Shown: positions 18,807 to 27,119 of the stretch, one piece after another | Position numbering within the stretch: the first letter of the stretch is position 1 | Layout: every line of letters starts with the position of its first letter | Virus record (IMG/VR): IMGVR_UViG_3300035183_000733 | Coordinates: 186,001-250,000 of that record | DNA: 64,000 nucleotides | Direction: 5' to 3' (one strand) | Translations under genes and position numbers: made by a program | Notes under the pieces: model-generated | Told to the model about the DNA's origin: nothing | Seen by the model: the letters and a program-made list of their open reading frames with translations, nothing else | Database searches by the model: none

Positions 18807-21800
18807 TCAAGGATTCTCAAAAAATCCGCACGTTTTCTTGCCCTGCCTGCACCACTCGTCGAGGAAGCACACGAACAGGAAGTTGTCGAGGGTGAACCTT
18901 TCCCATGGCGGGAGGTCGTCGCTCGTGAGCACTGGGTGCAGCTGCTTGAATAATTGCGGCGCTATCGCGACAGCTGGGTACGGGGTTAGCGATATGGTCT
19001 TAACCACCGCCATCGCAGCCGCCATCGCTTCCGGCGTGACAGTGGGTATGCGCGAGTGGTCGAGGTTCAGTTTCTTTAGGCCGAGCAGTTCGGCAAAGCT
19101 CTTATCTTTCGCATTCTGGAATCCCTGCGCTATGTCGAGGAACGGTCCGAGCTTATCCTCTACGGGCTTAAACGAATCCTCCACTATGGATACCATAATT
19201 TGTTTAAGATCTATCGGACTCAGCGTCGGGAATGGAACCGTCTGGGCAGGGAACGCGTTCATGATGCCCTCGACGCCGACCTTCAACGAACCTCTCAGCA
19301 GCTCGCCCGGCACGGATATTCTTATCTGCGGCGGCTTAGTAGGGTCCGGCAGGCTCGGCAGTTGCATCTTGACAACCATTTTAACCGAGTCCTTGAGCAT
19401 GTCCTTTATAGACACCTTCGACGGGTTTGGTACCTCCACGTTAGGCATGGTGCCGAGAACGTTCCTTGCCAGCTCTTTTAAATTACCCGGCAACGCCGGC
19501 CTGTTGCCAAGCAGCTTCAGCATGTTCTCGGTCGATATACCGTTGACTGCGGCGAGCGTCAGTTGGTCGAGCACGGCGAGTCCAATCAATACCGGCCCCG
19601 GTATTGGCGGCAACGATAAACCCTTAGTCGTGCCCTTGCACTGGTACGGGTTTACGAACACAACGCCCTCGATCCCTATCTCCGCGAGGATGCCGAGCCC
19701 TTCCGGTGTTATCTTTGATTTCGCTTTACCTATGAACTTCACCAATGCCTCGCGCACCTTCTTCAGATAATCGTTAAGCTCGTTCGGCACTTCCGGCAAC
19801 CGCGGTATCGAAGGCAGCTCTACGTCTTCCAGCCCAAGCTTGTCTATCTCCGCGAGCAACTTCGTCTTAAGATTCATCTTCTCGACGGACGGCACCATCA
19901 ACTGAGGCAGATTAAGCTTAGCCGCCTTCTTCAGCTGGTCAATGATCTCCGTTATCGGAGGTGGTTTCGGATTTACGGTTGATCCGTCTTTCGGGAACTT
20001 TAGGTCCGGTATTTTTATCTTGTCTATCTCGGCCAGTATTGCGTTCTTGAGCTCAGCACGCTTCTGGTCTATCGACGCGTTAGGATCGAGTGCGTTGAGC
20101 CGCGCCGTGCTTGGCAACTGCGGCAGCTTCTGTATGTTTTTTATTATCTTGTCCTTTATGTCCTCGAGCAATCCAGACGAACCGTCCGGGTTCAGCAGAG
20201 GCTGGAAGCCTGGCACCTGTATTTGATTTATCAGGTTTTTTATCGGGGCCTTGATGCCGACGCCGAGCTTGTCTATGGTCTTTATTATCGACTCCTCCGC
20301 GTTTGCTCCGAAGTCATCACCTGGCCTCAGCGATATTATGAACTTCTTCTCGCCGTTCGGCCCTATGTAGAACACGACCGGTGAAGGACATATACCACAC
20401 AGCCCAATGAATATTACGAATATTCCCACCTGCAGCGGTATAACGGCTATAGGTATCCAGATTATCGGGAGGGGTATTTTTATCAGTCCGCTCGGATTAG
20501 GTATTGTAAGCCCTATCGGCCAGTACCTGAAACCACCGCTACCAGGCAGCGGCAGTATATTGACGGCAGTTGCGTATGCAGCAAAGCGCACCCAGTAGCA
20601 CCACTTTGTAGGGTTGGGTTTTGACGGGTCCATACTCAGTAGAGACTCCGCACCGAGCGGGTCGCTGCCGGCTCCGTCCGGCTCCGTCTGTTCTGGCGGC
20701 GCGGTATTTAATGCGCATGGAACTGTCAAGTACTGGCCGCGCTTTGTCGTGATGTCCGCGATAACCTTCTTGTGCGATTCTTGCACGAACAGAAAATCGG
20801 ATCTCAGCTCCTGCGTCTTTGCCATGTACCGCTCGGACGACTGCCTAACATATTCTATTATGTTGCCGAGCCATTGCACGTCGGCTGGCAACTGTTCGTA
20901 TGCGTTTCCGTATGCGAGGAGGTACTCGACCTCACTAACAGCAAATAACTCGAGCGCGCTGATAAGATCGGCATGCGCCGGGTTTATCACGTTCTCTTTG
21001 GTAAACGACACCTTGTTCTCCCACTCCTGTGTGAAGTTCTCATAGAACGCCCTGAACTTGGACACGTCGCCTATGAAGCTGCCCTTGAATACTTCGGCGC
21101 CGGAGCCCTTAAGGTTTGACGCGGCGTCCGCGGCGTTTGCGGTTAATCCCCTCTCCTCCCTCGTGAAAAATTTCTCGTCGTCATCCCATATATTGTATAG
21201 CCTGTCATACAGAATACCGTGCGGTGTCTCGTTAGGCGGTACAGGCAATATGGTGGTGTCCTGGTCGGAGAACATGTAAGTCTTCGGTCGTCCGGCGAGA
21301 ATATTGGCCCTGTCTATGGGGGTGTATTTTATTTCGAGCCTGAACGATTCGTTTGTGTTAGAGTTGTTGCTGTTCTGCTGCTGCACAGCAGTCGTCCTGG
21401 TCGTGAACGTCGTTATCCTGGTGTATATTGAATCGCCTGCGCCGCTGAACAGCCCTGCGAGACGTTGCTCGAGGAACCTGAACCTCTCGTACTCTGCGTT
21501 GCTGCCGTACTGCTGCGTGTTGACTGTCGTGACGTCGGTGTTAAGGAACGGAGCTATCTTGTTCTGCTCCATTGTGAGGTTGTCCTTGGTGGTCTGCAAA
21601 TCCGCTTTCAGCTGATTCAGATATGCCTCGTCGTCCTCAAATAATTTCTTGGCGGCTTGCCAGTCTGAGTATTGTTGCTGCGAGTACTGAGGCGTATAAG
21701 TTGCGTTCGACGCGTTTTGCGCGGCGCCAGCAATCCCGCTTAACCCCGCGTCTCCGGCGGCCGTGGACACTGCACCAGCCACACTGCTCACAGCATTTGC

Positions 21801-22601
21801 TGTTGCGTTCCCTATGGCGTTAGCTATGCCGGACACGTTGGACGTATAGTTCTGGGGGTTTATTATCTTGTCGAGCTCGATGAACTTATCTCTGTCGTCG
21901 TCGCGGATGGGCTGGAACCTGTCTATCTCCGCCTCAAGCCTTCGCTTCTCTATGATTAACGGGTCGAATATGCCGAGTATCTCATCGAGCCTCTGTACAC
22001 GTTTTTTGTAGTACCGCTCGAATATGCTGAAGTTGTAGTAGAGTTCCTCGAGATTTATCTCGGTCTCCCTGACCTTTGTCTCCCTGTCTATCAGGACGTT
22101 CAGCTCGTCCGCTATGCTTTGCATCTTGCCGACGCAGTCGAGCATCTTATTCTTATCCTCGTCCTGAAGTTCGAGTATCTGGTCGAGCTCCTTCTCAAGC
22201 TGACTTATCTCCGCATTCAACTCGAGAAGATCCTTATCCGATGGTGCGGCGTCCGGGTCGTCGGAGTTAGGGTCCGGGAATTCGTTGGGCACCTCGCAGG
22301 ATATGGCGGCGTCAAGCTCCTCTTGTGTGTACACGAGCGGCACACCGTCCTCCGGGCATTCGAGCACCCCTATTTGCGCTTCCACTATCTTGGCCGTCTC
22401 GTTCTCGAGTGCTATCGCCTCCCTGCTCTGTTTATCGAAGTCTATGTCTACGTAAAGTATTTCGCCTGCCTCGAGCAGCAACGTATCGAGGTCGCGCGAG
22501 GTGTTTACGTTCGAATAGTCGAGGTCCGGGAATTTCTCCTTGGCGAGCGCCAATGCGGTCTCGTATGGAAAGTCCAGCGTATGTGAAAATGCAAGTATCA
22601 T
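18807..22601 (-). CDS. Large hypothetical protein (1264 aa; coiled coil plus Pro-rich half), possibly virion-associated
   Basis: Long uninterrupted ORF with strong codon bias. Confidence 0.8.
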   Translation of the reverse strand: MILAFSHTLDFPYETALALAKEKFPDLDYSNVNTSRDLDTLLLEAGEILYVDIDFDKQSREAIALENETAKIVEAQIGVLECPEDGVPLVYTQEELDAAISCEVPNEFPDPNSDDPDAAPSDKDLLELNAEISQLEKELDQILELQDEDKNKMLDCVGKMQSIADELNVLIDRETKVRETEINLEELYYNFSIFERYYKKRVQRLDEILGIFDPLIIEKRRLEAEIDRFQPIRDDDRDKFIELDKIINPQNYTSNVSGIANAIGNATANAVSSVAGAVSTAAGDAGLSGIAGAAQNASNATYTPQYSQQQYSDWQAAKKLFEDDEAYLNQLKADLQTTKDNLTMEQNKIAPFLNTDVTTVNTQQYGSNAEYERFRFLEQRLAGLFSGAGDSIYTRITTFTTRTTAVQQQNSNNSNTNESFRLEIKYTPIDRANILAGRPKTYMFSDQDTTILPVPPNETPHGILYDRLYNIWDDDEKFFTREERGLTANAADAASNLKGSGAEVFKGSFIGDVSKFRAFYENFTQEWENKVSFTKENVINPAHADLISALELFAVSEVEYLLAYGNAYEQLPADVQWLGNIIEYVRQSSERYMAKTQELRSDFLFVQESHKKVIADITTKRGQYLTVPCALNTAPPEQTEPDGAGSDPLGAESLLSMDPSKPNPTKWCYWVRFAAYATAVNILPLPGSGGFRYWPIGLTIPNPSGLIKIPLPIIWIPIAVIPLQVGIFVIFIGLCGICPSPVVFYIGPNGEKKFIISLRPGDDFGANAEESIIKTIDKLGVGIKAPIKNLINQIQVPGFQPLLNPDGSSGLLEDIKDKIIKNIQKLPQLPSTARLNALDPNASIDQKRAELKNAILAEIDKIKIPDLKFPKDGSTVNPKPPPITEIIDQLKKAAKLNLPQLMVPSVEKMNLKTKLLAEIDKLGLEDVELPSIPRLPEVPNELNDYLKKVREALVKFIGKAKSKITPEGLGILAEIGIEGVVFVNPYQCKGTTKGLSLPPIPGPVLIGLAVLDQLTLAAVNGISTENMLKLLGNRPALPGNLKELARNVLGTMPNVEVPNPSKVSIKDMLKDSVKMVVKMQLPSLPDPTKPPQIRISVPGELLRGSLKVGVEGIMNAFPAQTVPFPTLSPIDLKQIMVSIVEDSFKPVEDKLGPFLDIAQGFQNAKDKSFAELLGLKKLNLDHSRIPTVTPEAMAAAMAVVKTISLTPYPAVAIAPQLFKQLHPVLTSDDLPPWERFTLDNFLFVCFLDEWCRQGKKTCGFFENP

Positions 22602-22623
22602 CTCAACTTATATATTGAGATCT

Positions 22624-22857
22624 TTAGATAGTCGTTTTCAACGACACGGTCATTATGGGTACCATGTAGCTGGTACTGCCGAAGAAATCTATCTGGGTGT
22701 CGTGAACGTACCAGCGCTCGTTGCGGACCCAGTCCGGCACCTGGTCCACGTCATGAAACGTCATGACCGTTTTTTCGGCCGGCTGCATACCAAGCTCCGT
22801 ATCAATCTGGTATGATTGATCTCTCCCAGACCCCCTGAATATAATCTTTGTCTTCAT
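22624..22857 (-). CDS. Hypothetical protein
   Basis: 77-aa ORF. Confidence 0.5.
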   Translation of the reverse strand: MKTKIIFRGSGRDQSYQIDTELGMQPAEKTVMTFHDVDQVPDWVRNERWYVHDTQIDFFGSTSYMVPIMTVSLKTTI

Positions 22858-23374
22858 CGCTCAGCGTGTTTATGAATTCGTGGTATGTTTTTATTTCGTA
22901 CCCGAGGAGCTGTGCCTCCTCGACGTGGTGTTTGTACCGCTTGGCGAGTCTCTTGTGTGCTTCTTCGTCCATCCTCCGGTGGAGCTCGGCCTGTATGTTC
23001 TTAAAGTCGTACAGCTCGTTCTCTCGGCCGCGCATCACAGATATTACGTGATCTGCGAGATTCACCATGGACTCCACCATAACGAGCTTGTCGTCCGGGA
23101 ACGTCTCGAGTTCGTCGATGTCCAAGCCATTGTATACGACACGGTCGTTGGCGATGTCTATTACATATAGCAAGTTCTGCCCGTTCATGGGGTTAGCTGC
23201 GTTGTACTTTATCCTCAGCCGCACTTCGAGATCGTCATTGAACCACATTGGGTACACCGACATGTGCCAAGACATAGACTCTATGCCGAGGTACTTCTTG
23301 CCCATGCCCTCCGGCTTAAGGCGCCACTCATTTATCATGCGGAGCAGTCGCTCGTCTTCTCTTAGTCCCACCAT
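22802..23374 (-). CDS. Hypothetical protein
   Basis: 190-aa ORF; start uncertain. Confidence 0.55.
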   Translation of the reverse strand: MVGLREDERLLRMINEWRLKPEGMGKKYLGIESMSWHMSVYPMWFNDDLEVRLRIKYNAANPMNGQNLLYVIDIANDRVVYNGLDIDELETFPDDKLVMVESMVNLADHVISVMRGRENELYDFKNIQAELHRRMDEEAHKRLAKRYKHHVEEAQLLGYEIKTYHEFINTLSDEDKDYIQGVWERSIIPD

Positions 23375-23500
23375 AGTCTGAACCAGTTTTCGTTATCTTG
23401 CCTTGTGAATTCGTCCGGGCGCCACGCGTGTATGTGCACCATTAGGCTCGCCAGGTCCGTACTGTTGTTTATCCTGAAGAATATTGTATCGGCTGCCCCA

Positions 23501-23788
23501 TCATTCACGTCGAATCTCAGCAACACCAAGATTCTTGAATTTCTCGAGATACTCAATGGCATCACGCCTACCTTGTAAGTAGTTTGTCTCGAAGGAGAAT
23601 TCCTCGTTATCTATGAACTCCTCCAACGTTACGAGGTTGCCGTAATATGATCCTATGTCAGGGCGCATATCCGTGTCCTTATGTACCTGGACGATTGTTA
23701 GCAGCGAAACATCGGTGTCGTTGCCGTGCAGGATCTTGGGACCGCCGTTCGCGGATATGTCCCCTGTGTATATGAATCTTCTAAGCAT
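23501..23788 (-). CDS. Hypothetical protein
   Basis: 95-aa ORF directly after the RNase P RNA. Confidence 0.5.
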   Translation of the reverse strand: MLRRFIYTGDISANGGPKILHGNDTDVSLLTIVQVHKDTDMRPDIGSYYGNLVTLEEFIDNEEFSFETNYLQGRRDAIEYLEKFKNLGVAEIRRE

Positions 23789-23800
23789 GTTTTAAAAATA

Positions 23801-24032
23801 AGAAGGCCTATAATCGCGTTTCTGTTCCTCTTGCGAGGCGCCGTACATTTGACTATGCCCCAACCCGACCATCATCGACCTGCTCACCGCCTAAGTCTGT
23901 TTGGGTTGCATCTCGGAAGGACTTTCACTTACGGTGGTACTATACCGGCATTGCTGCCTCCCACTCCTCCTAAGCAGAGATGACGCGAATTTCCTCAGCG
24001 TGCAACAGCCCGCCGCGTACGACCGGCCTTCT
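23801..24032 (-). ncRNA. rnpB: RNase P RNA, minimal form (about 232 nt)
   Basis: P1 AGAAGGCC/GGCCTTCT; P2 GTCGTAC/GTACGGC; P3 hairpin; GAGGAAATTCGCGT pairs with ACAGAAACGCGATTA (P4 with bulge); P5 CATCTC/GAGATG; GCAACCCAAACAG; TAGTCAAATG; P19 CCTC-GCAA-GAGG. Confidence 0.85.
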
Positions 24033-24053
24033 ATAAATATAAATATAGCCGTT

Positions 24054-24785
24054 TTATTCGACAATGTCAAACGAGATGTACGGAAGAAAGTCTCCAATCT
24101 CCGTGATCGAGTACTTTACATCCACGCTCTCGATGTCATGACTCTCGTCGATCTTGTAATCCTCGACCTCCGGAGTATCGCATTTTATGAATATGCCGTT
24201 CTCCTCCATTGACCCCTTGCGACCCACGATTACACGATTGCCAACCGGGCTGATGAAAAACTTAAGGCCGCCTGCGTTCGGGTCCGGCTGGTAGAACTTG
24301 TTCTTGGTCTCTCCATCCGGGAAGAACAGACGTTTGTATGTGGATTCGCTGACGAGCGCGAAGTTTGCCGGCCCCCTCCTGCCCATTACCGCGATCATAT
24401 TGGAGACCGCGAGTATGCGGGCGAATATCTTGCGGTGCGCGTTACCGTCGAGCTTCAGGTTTATGCCGGTAGGAAACCTGTCGTTGACGAGCTTCCCGTT
24501 TTCTGCCGAGATCTCCAATAGCCTGTCAAACGCTTTGTCGATGACGTGCTCGGCAACATCTGCCATTGGATCGCCAGCAATCTTTATGTTCTCCGATATG
24601 GTCTCTATGTCTTTGACCGCTGTGGATAGGTGGACCTCAGTAACGCCCCGCAACTCGTGATCCGGCGGTGCGGACTTGGCCGGCGCCTCGTTGAATTTCA
24701 GGTGCATTATGCTGCTCTTGTCACTGGGCACGTAATTAAACACCCCGAAGTCAAAGAACGACGACATCTTGTCTTGCGTATTCAT
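24054..24785 (-). CDS. Protein with a major-capsid (gp23)-like C-terminal segment; truncated paralog
   Basis: RKIFARILAVSNMIAVMGRRGPANFALVS resembles the T4-like MCP motif IA..T.RG.GNF; start moved to 24785. Confidence 0.5.
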   Translation of the reverse strand: MNTQDKMSSFFDFGVFNYVPSDKSSIMHLKFNEAPAKSAPPDHELRGVTEVHLSTAVKDIETISENIKIAGDPMADVAEHVIDKAFDRLLEISAENGKLVNDRFPTGINLKLDGNAHRKIFARILAVSNMIAVMGRRGPANFALVSESTYKRLFFPDGETKNKFYQPDPNAGGLKFFISPVGNRVIVGRKGSMEENGIFIKCDTPEVEDYKIDESHDIESVDVKYSITEIGDFLPYISFDIVE

Positions 24786-24815
24786 ATTGTAAAATTTACT
24801 TATTATACCGCGCAG

Positions 24816-24846
24816 AAAAAAAAGTTCCGGATTTCTCCGGAACTTT
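24816..24846 (-). terminator. Intrinsic terminator
   Basis: AAAGTTCCGGA-GAAA-TCCGGAACTTT followed by a T-run. Confidence 0.75.
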
Positions 24847-24864
24847 CGAATATAAGATTTATCT

Positions 24865-25650
24865 TTAGGCCGCTGCTTGCGCGAGCTTCTCCATCTCCTC
24901 CGCATCCATGCCGACTTCCTTCTCGGCCTCGGCCTTCTTGTTGGCCGCGCTCTTGATGAGCTCATTCACTTCTTTGTAGATGTGCGCGAGCTCGGCCGAC
25001 TTGCCAACAAGGCCGGTCAACGAAAGAACCCACCAAAGTATTCCAGAACCCAGAACCGGGAAGTGTATAATGCCGAGTGTGAACAGGAATATTACGAGAG
25101 CACCCATTCCGAGAAGTGCCGACGTCTTCTGTCCGGTTTCATTGGCGCCGAGCTTCTTGGCAACCCATGAGAAAAATTTACCAATGGCCTTGCCGGGCAG
25201 TCCCGTTACTTTCTTCAATGCTCCGAAGATCTTGTTCATGGTGTCCTTGACCTTCTCGCCGTCGACCGGCTTACCGGTCAGCTTCTCGAGCTTCTTGAAC
25301 AAGAATTCGAGAAACGCAGAATTGCCGAGCAAGTTACCAGCGACCTCCACTACATGTATGATGCCACCTGCGTTCTCGTTAATAGGTTGGTCCCTGATGG
25401 TCATACCCTCCTTCACGTCCTTCTTAAGCTGTTCTGGATCTATCTCCTCGAGGTCCCCGTCATTCTCAATAGCCTGCAAAAGGATTGCGGCCTTGAGCTC
25501 GTCGTCCTTAGCGCCTTCCTTGCCGAGCTCGTCCATGACGTCCTTGACTTCGCCCTGAATGTCCTTGATGTCGCCTGTTACAGATTCACACAGGGCTTCA
25601 AATGCGCTCGCCGTGTTGAACTGCTCAAATAGCATTGTTCTCCTCTTCAT
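24865..25650 (-). CDS. Tagged hypothetical protein with C-terminal hydrophobic helices
   Basis: MKRRTMLFEQFN; two hydrophobic segments near the C-terminus. Confidence 0.65.
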   Translation of the reverse strand: MKRRTMLFEQFNTASAFEALCESVTGDIKDIQGEVKDVMDELGKEGAKDDELKAAILLQAIENDGDLEEIDPEQLKKDVKEGMTIRDQPINENAGGIIHVVEVAGNLLGNSAFLEFLFKKLEKLTGKPVDGEKVKDTMNKIFGALKKVTGLPGKAIGKFFSWVAKKLGANETGQKTSALLGMGALVIFLFTLGIIHFPVLGSGILWWVLSLTGLVGKSAELAHIYKEVNELIKSAANKKAEAEKEVGMDAEEMEKLAQAAA

Positions 25651-25812
25651 TGTATGATGATAATTTGTTTCTTTATATATTCGGAGGTTAATCCCAGTAT
25701 TCCCAAAATTCTCCGTTGACGTACATAACGCTGCCGTCCCAATCGAACTTTATGGATACTTCTTGAACATGTAGTGTTTTTTGATGTCTCCTCCACCTTC
25801 TCGCGCGGCATT

Positions 25813-26079
25813 TTAAGCGCGAGGTCGAGATCTGAGGAATCGAATTTTTTTAGTGATGTAGGTCACGGCTTGGCTGCCGAGTCCCCAATTCTGGGTGTCC
25901 TTGTGAGACTCTTTGTACTTGGATTTCTTCCAGCCGGCCAGTAGTAGTTTTAGGAGGTCCTCGTTCAGACCCTCCTTCACGCAGGTCTCTTTGAACTTCT
26001 TGAACGCTGCGTCGAATTTGCCGGTGATCAACTCGTTCTCGAAATCATAGCTGTAATTGAGGTAGCTGAGCGGGCTCAT
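25813..26079 (-). CDS. Hypothetical protein (MSPLSYLNY...)
   Basis: ATGA overlap at 26076-26079. Confidence 0.5.
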   Translation of the reverse strand: MSPLSYLNYSYDFENELITGKFDAAFKKFKETCVKEGLNEDLLKLLLAGWKKSKYKESHKDTQNWGLGSQAVTYITKKIRFLRSRPRA

Positions 26080-26263
26080 CCGCACGCCTCGAGTATCTTG
26101 GCGCTTTTCGGATCCACGCAATCCCATCCGCGAGACTCGCATGTAACCGGGTGCTCGACATATCCCTCCTTGTAGTTGTATATCTTCTCCTGATTACCGA
26201 ACCCCAGATGAGTTTCGCATCGGTAAAGACTTTCTTGAAGGCTTTCATGAAAGCCTGCTTCAT
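26076..26263 (-). pseudogene. Small ORF with a probable one-base frameshift (MKQAFMKAFKKVFTDAKLIW / GFGNQEKIYNYKEG...)
   Basis: 188 nt from ATG to stop; codon bias switches frame near 26200. Confidence 0.35.
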
Positions 26264-26306
26264 GTCCCTCGGACAGATCCGAAAACACGCGGCCAAATTT
26301 AGAAAG

Positions 26307-26380
26307 TGGAGCAGAAGGGACTCGAACCCTCATAAGCCTGCTTGCAAAGGCAGGTGACCAGCCAGTTGGACCACCGCCCC
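26307..26380 (-). tRNA. tRNA-Ala(TGC), 8-nt anticodon loop as sequenced
   Basis: Acceptor GGGGCGG/CTGCTCC with G3-U70; stem CCTGC/GCAGG; loop CTTTGCAA; T-arm GAGGG-TTCGAGT-CCCTT. Confidence 0.85.
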
Positions 26381-26385
26381 ATGAA

Positions 26386-26509
26386 AAACGAGAGCCTTGG
26401 AGAGGTGGAAGGAATCATCCGAACACTCGGTCCTGATGGGCAGCCAGACGGGTTTCCCGGACAATCAGATCCCTCTTTGTCCAACACTTTCCAGCGCGCG
26501 CTCTCGTTT
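26386..26509 (-). ncRNA. Unidentified structured RNA between tRNAs
   Basis: 10-bp closing stem AAACGAGAGC/GCTCTCGTTT enclosing several hairpins. Confidence 0.45.
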
Positions 26510-26511
26510 AG

Positions 26512-26585
<74 letters not shown>

Positions 26586-26633
26586 ATTTATCTGCGTCTT
26601 TCACCGCGGCGCGCTAATATAGCGTTTTTGTAG

Positions 26634-26717
26634 TACTCCCGACGGGGATCGAACCCGCTCACGGCTTGTAGCCTCCAGATTGAAAGTCTGGTGCCCTACC
26701 AAATAGGCGACAGGAGC
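26634..26717 (-). tRNA. tRNA-Glu(TTC) with a long variable arm
   Basis: CCAGA-CTTTCAA-TCTGG; V-arm AGGCTACAAGCCGTGA; T-arm GCGGG-TTCGATC-CCCGT. Confidence 0.85.
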
Positions 26718-26728
26718 ATGCCTTCTTG

Positions 26729-26807
26729 AGCACCTGGCCGGATTCGAACCGGCGGTCTTATGTACGGTTTTGCAGACCGTTGCTTTGGGCCTCTCAGCCA
26801 CAGGTGC
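26729..26807 (-). tRNA. tRNA-Cys(GCA)
   Basis: ACGGT-CTGCAAA-ACCGT; U73 discriminator; acceptor GCACCTG/CAGGTGC. Confidence 0.9.
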
Positions 26808-26830
26808 ATTTTAGTCGTTCTTGTAATATG

Positions 26831-26904
26831 TGGAGCCTATGGGACTCGAACCCGTGATCTCTTGCCTGCCAGGCAAACGCTTTAGCCATCTAAGCTAAGG
26901 CCCC
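26831..26904 (-). tRNA. tRNA-Ala(GGC)
   Basis: TTTGC-CTGGCAG-GCAAG; G3-U70; canonical D and T arms. Confidence 0.92.
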
Positions 26905-27021
26905 AAAATGGTCGCGGCACATCCAGCAAAGCAAGGACCCGGTGGCTCCACTAAGAGGATAGTCCTATGCGCGAGTTGTCTAATCTCGGCACGCCTTACC
27001 TCAGGCCCCACTTTTACACTA

Positions 27022-27036
27022 CCAATATCAAAGAAC
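27022..27036 (-). promoter_or_regulatory. boxA-like antitermination motif (GTTCTTTGATA)
   Basis: Resembles the rrn boxA consensus GYTCTTTRAMA; located just after the second tRNA of the operon. Confidence 0.35.
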
Positions 27037-27044
27037 AAACTCGG

Positions 27045-27113
27045 CGGTAGCGACGGGGATCGAACTCGCTATCCCGAGAGAGACAGTCCCGGACCTTGCC
27101 ATCAGGCGCCACC
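27045..27113 (-). tRNA. Degenerate tRNA-Asp(GTC)
   Basis: Acceptor GGTGGCG/CGCTACC, G73; loop CTGTCTC; shortened D-arm; T-stem mismatch. Confidence 0.55.
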
Positions 27114-27119
27114 AATTAA

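Noticed and set aside
23726-24212. Track ORFs 23726-23983, 23891-24097 and 23901-24212
   Set aside because: They overlap the RNase P RNA and have no coding-like composition.
26239-26256. 18-bp perfect palindrome AGGCTTTCATGAAAGCCT as an operator
   Set aside because: Single occurrence, within a probable coding region (AFMKA); no second site found.
26386-26509. Hammerhead, twister or pistol ribozyme identity for the spacer RNA
   Set aside because: The CUGANGA/GAAA core and the twister and pistol conserved motifs are not present in the required arrangement.
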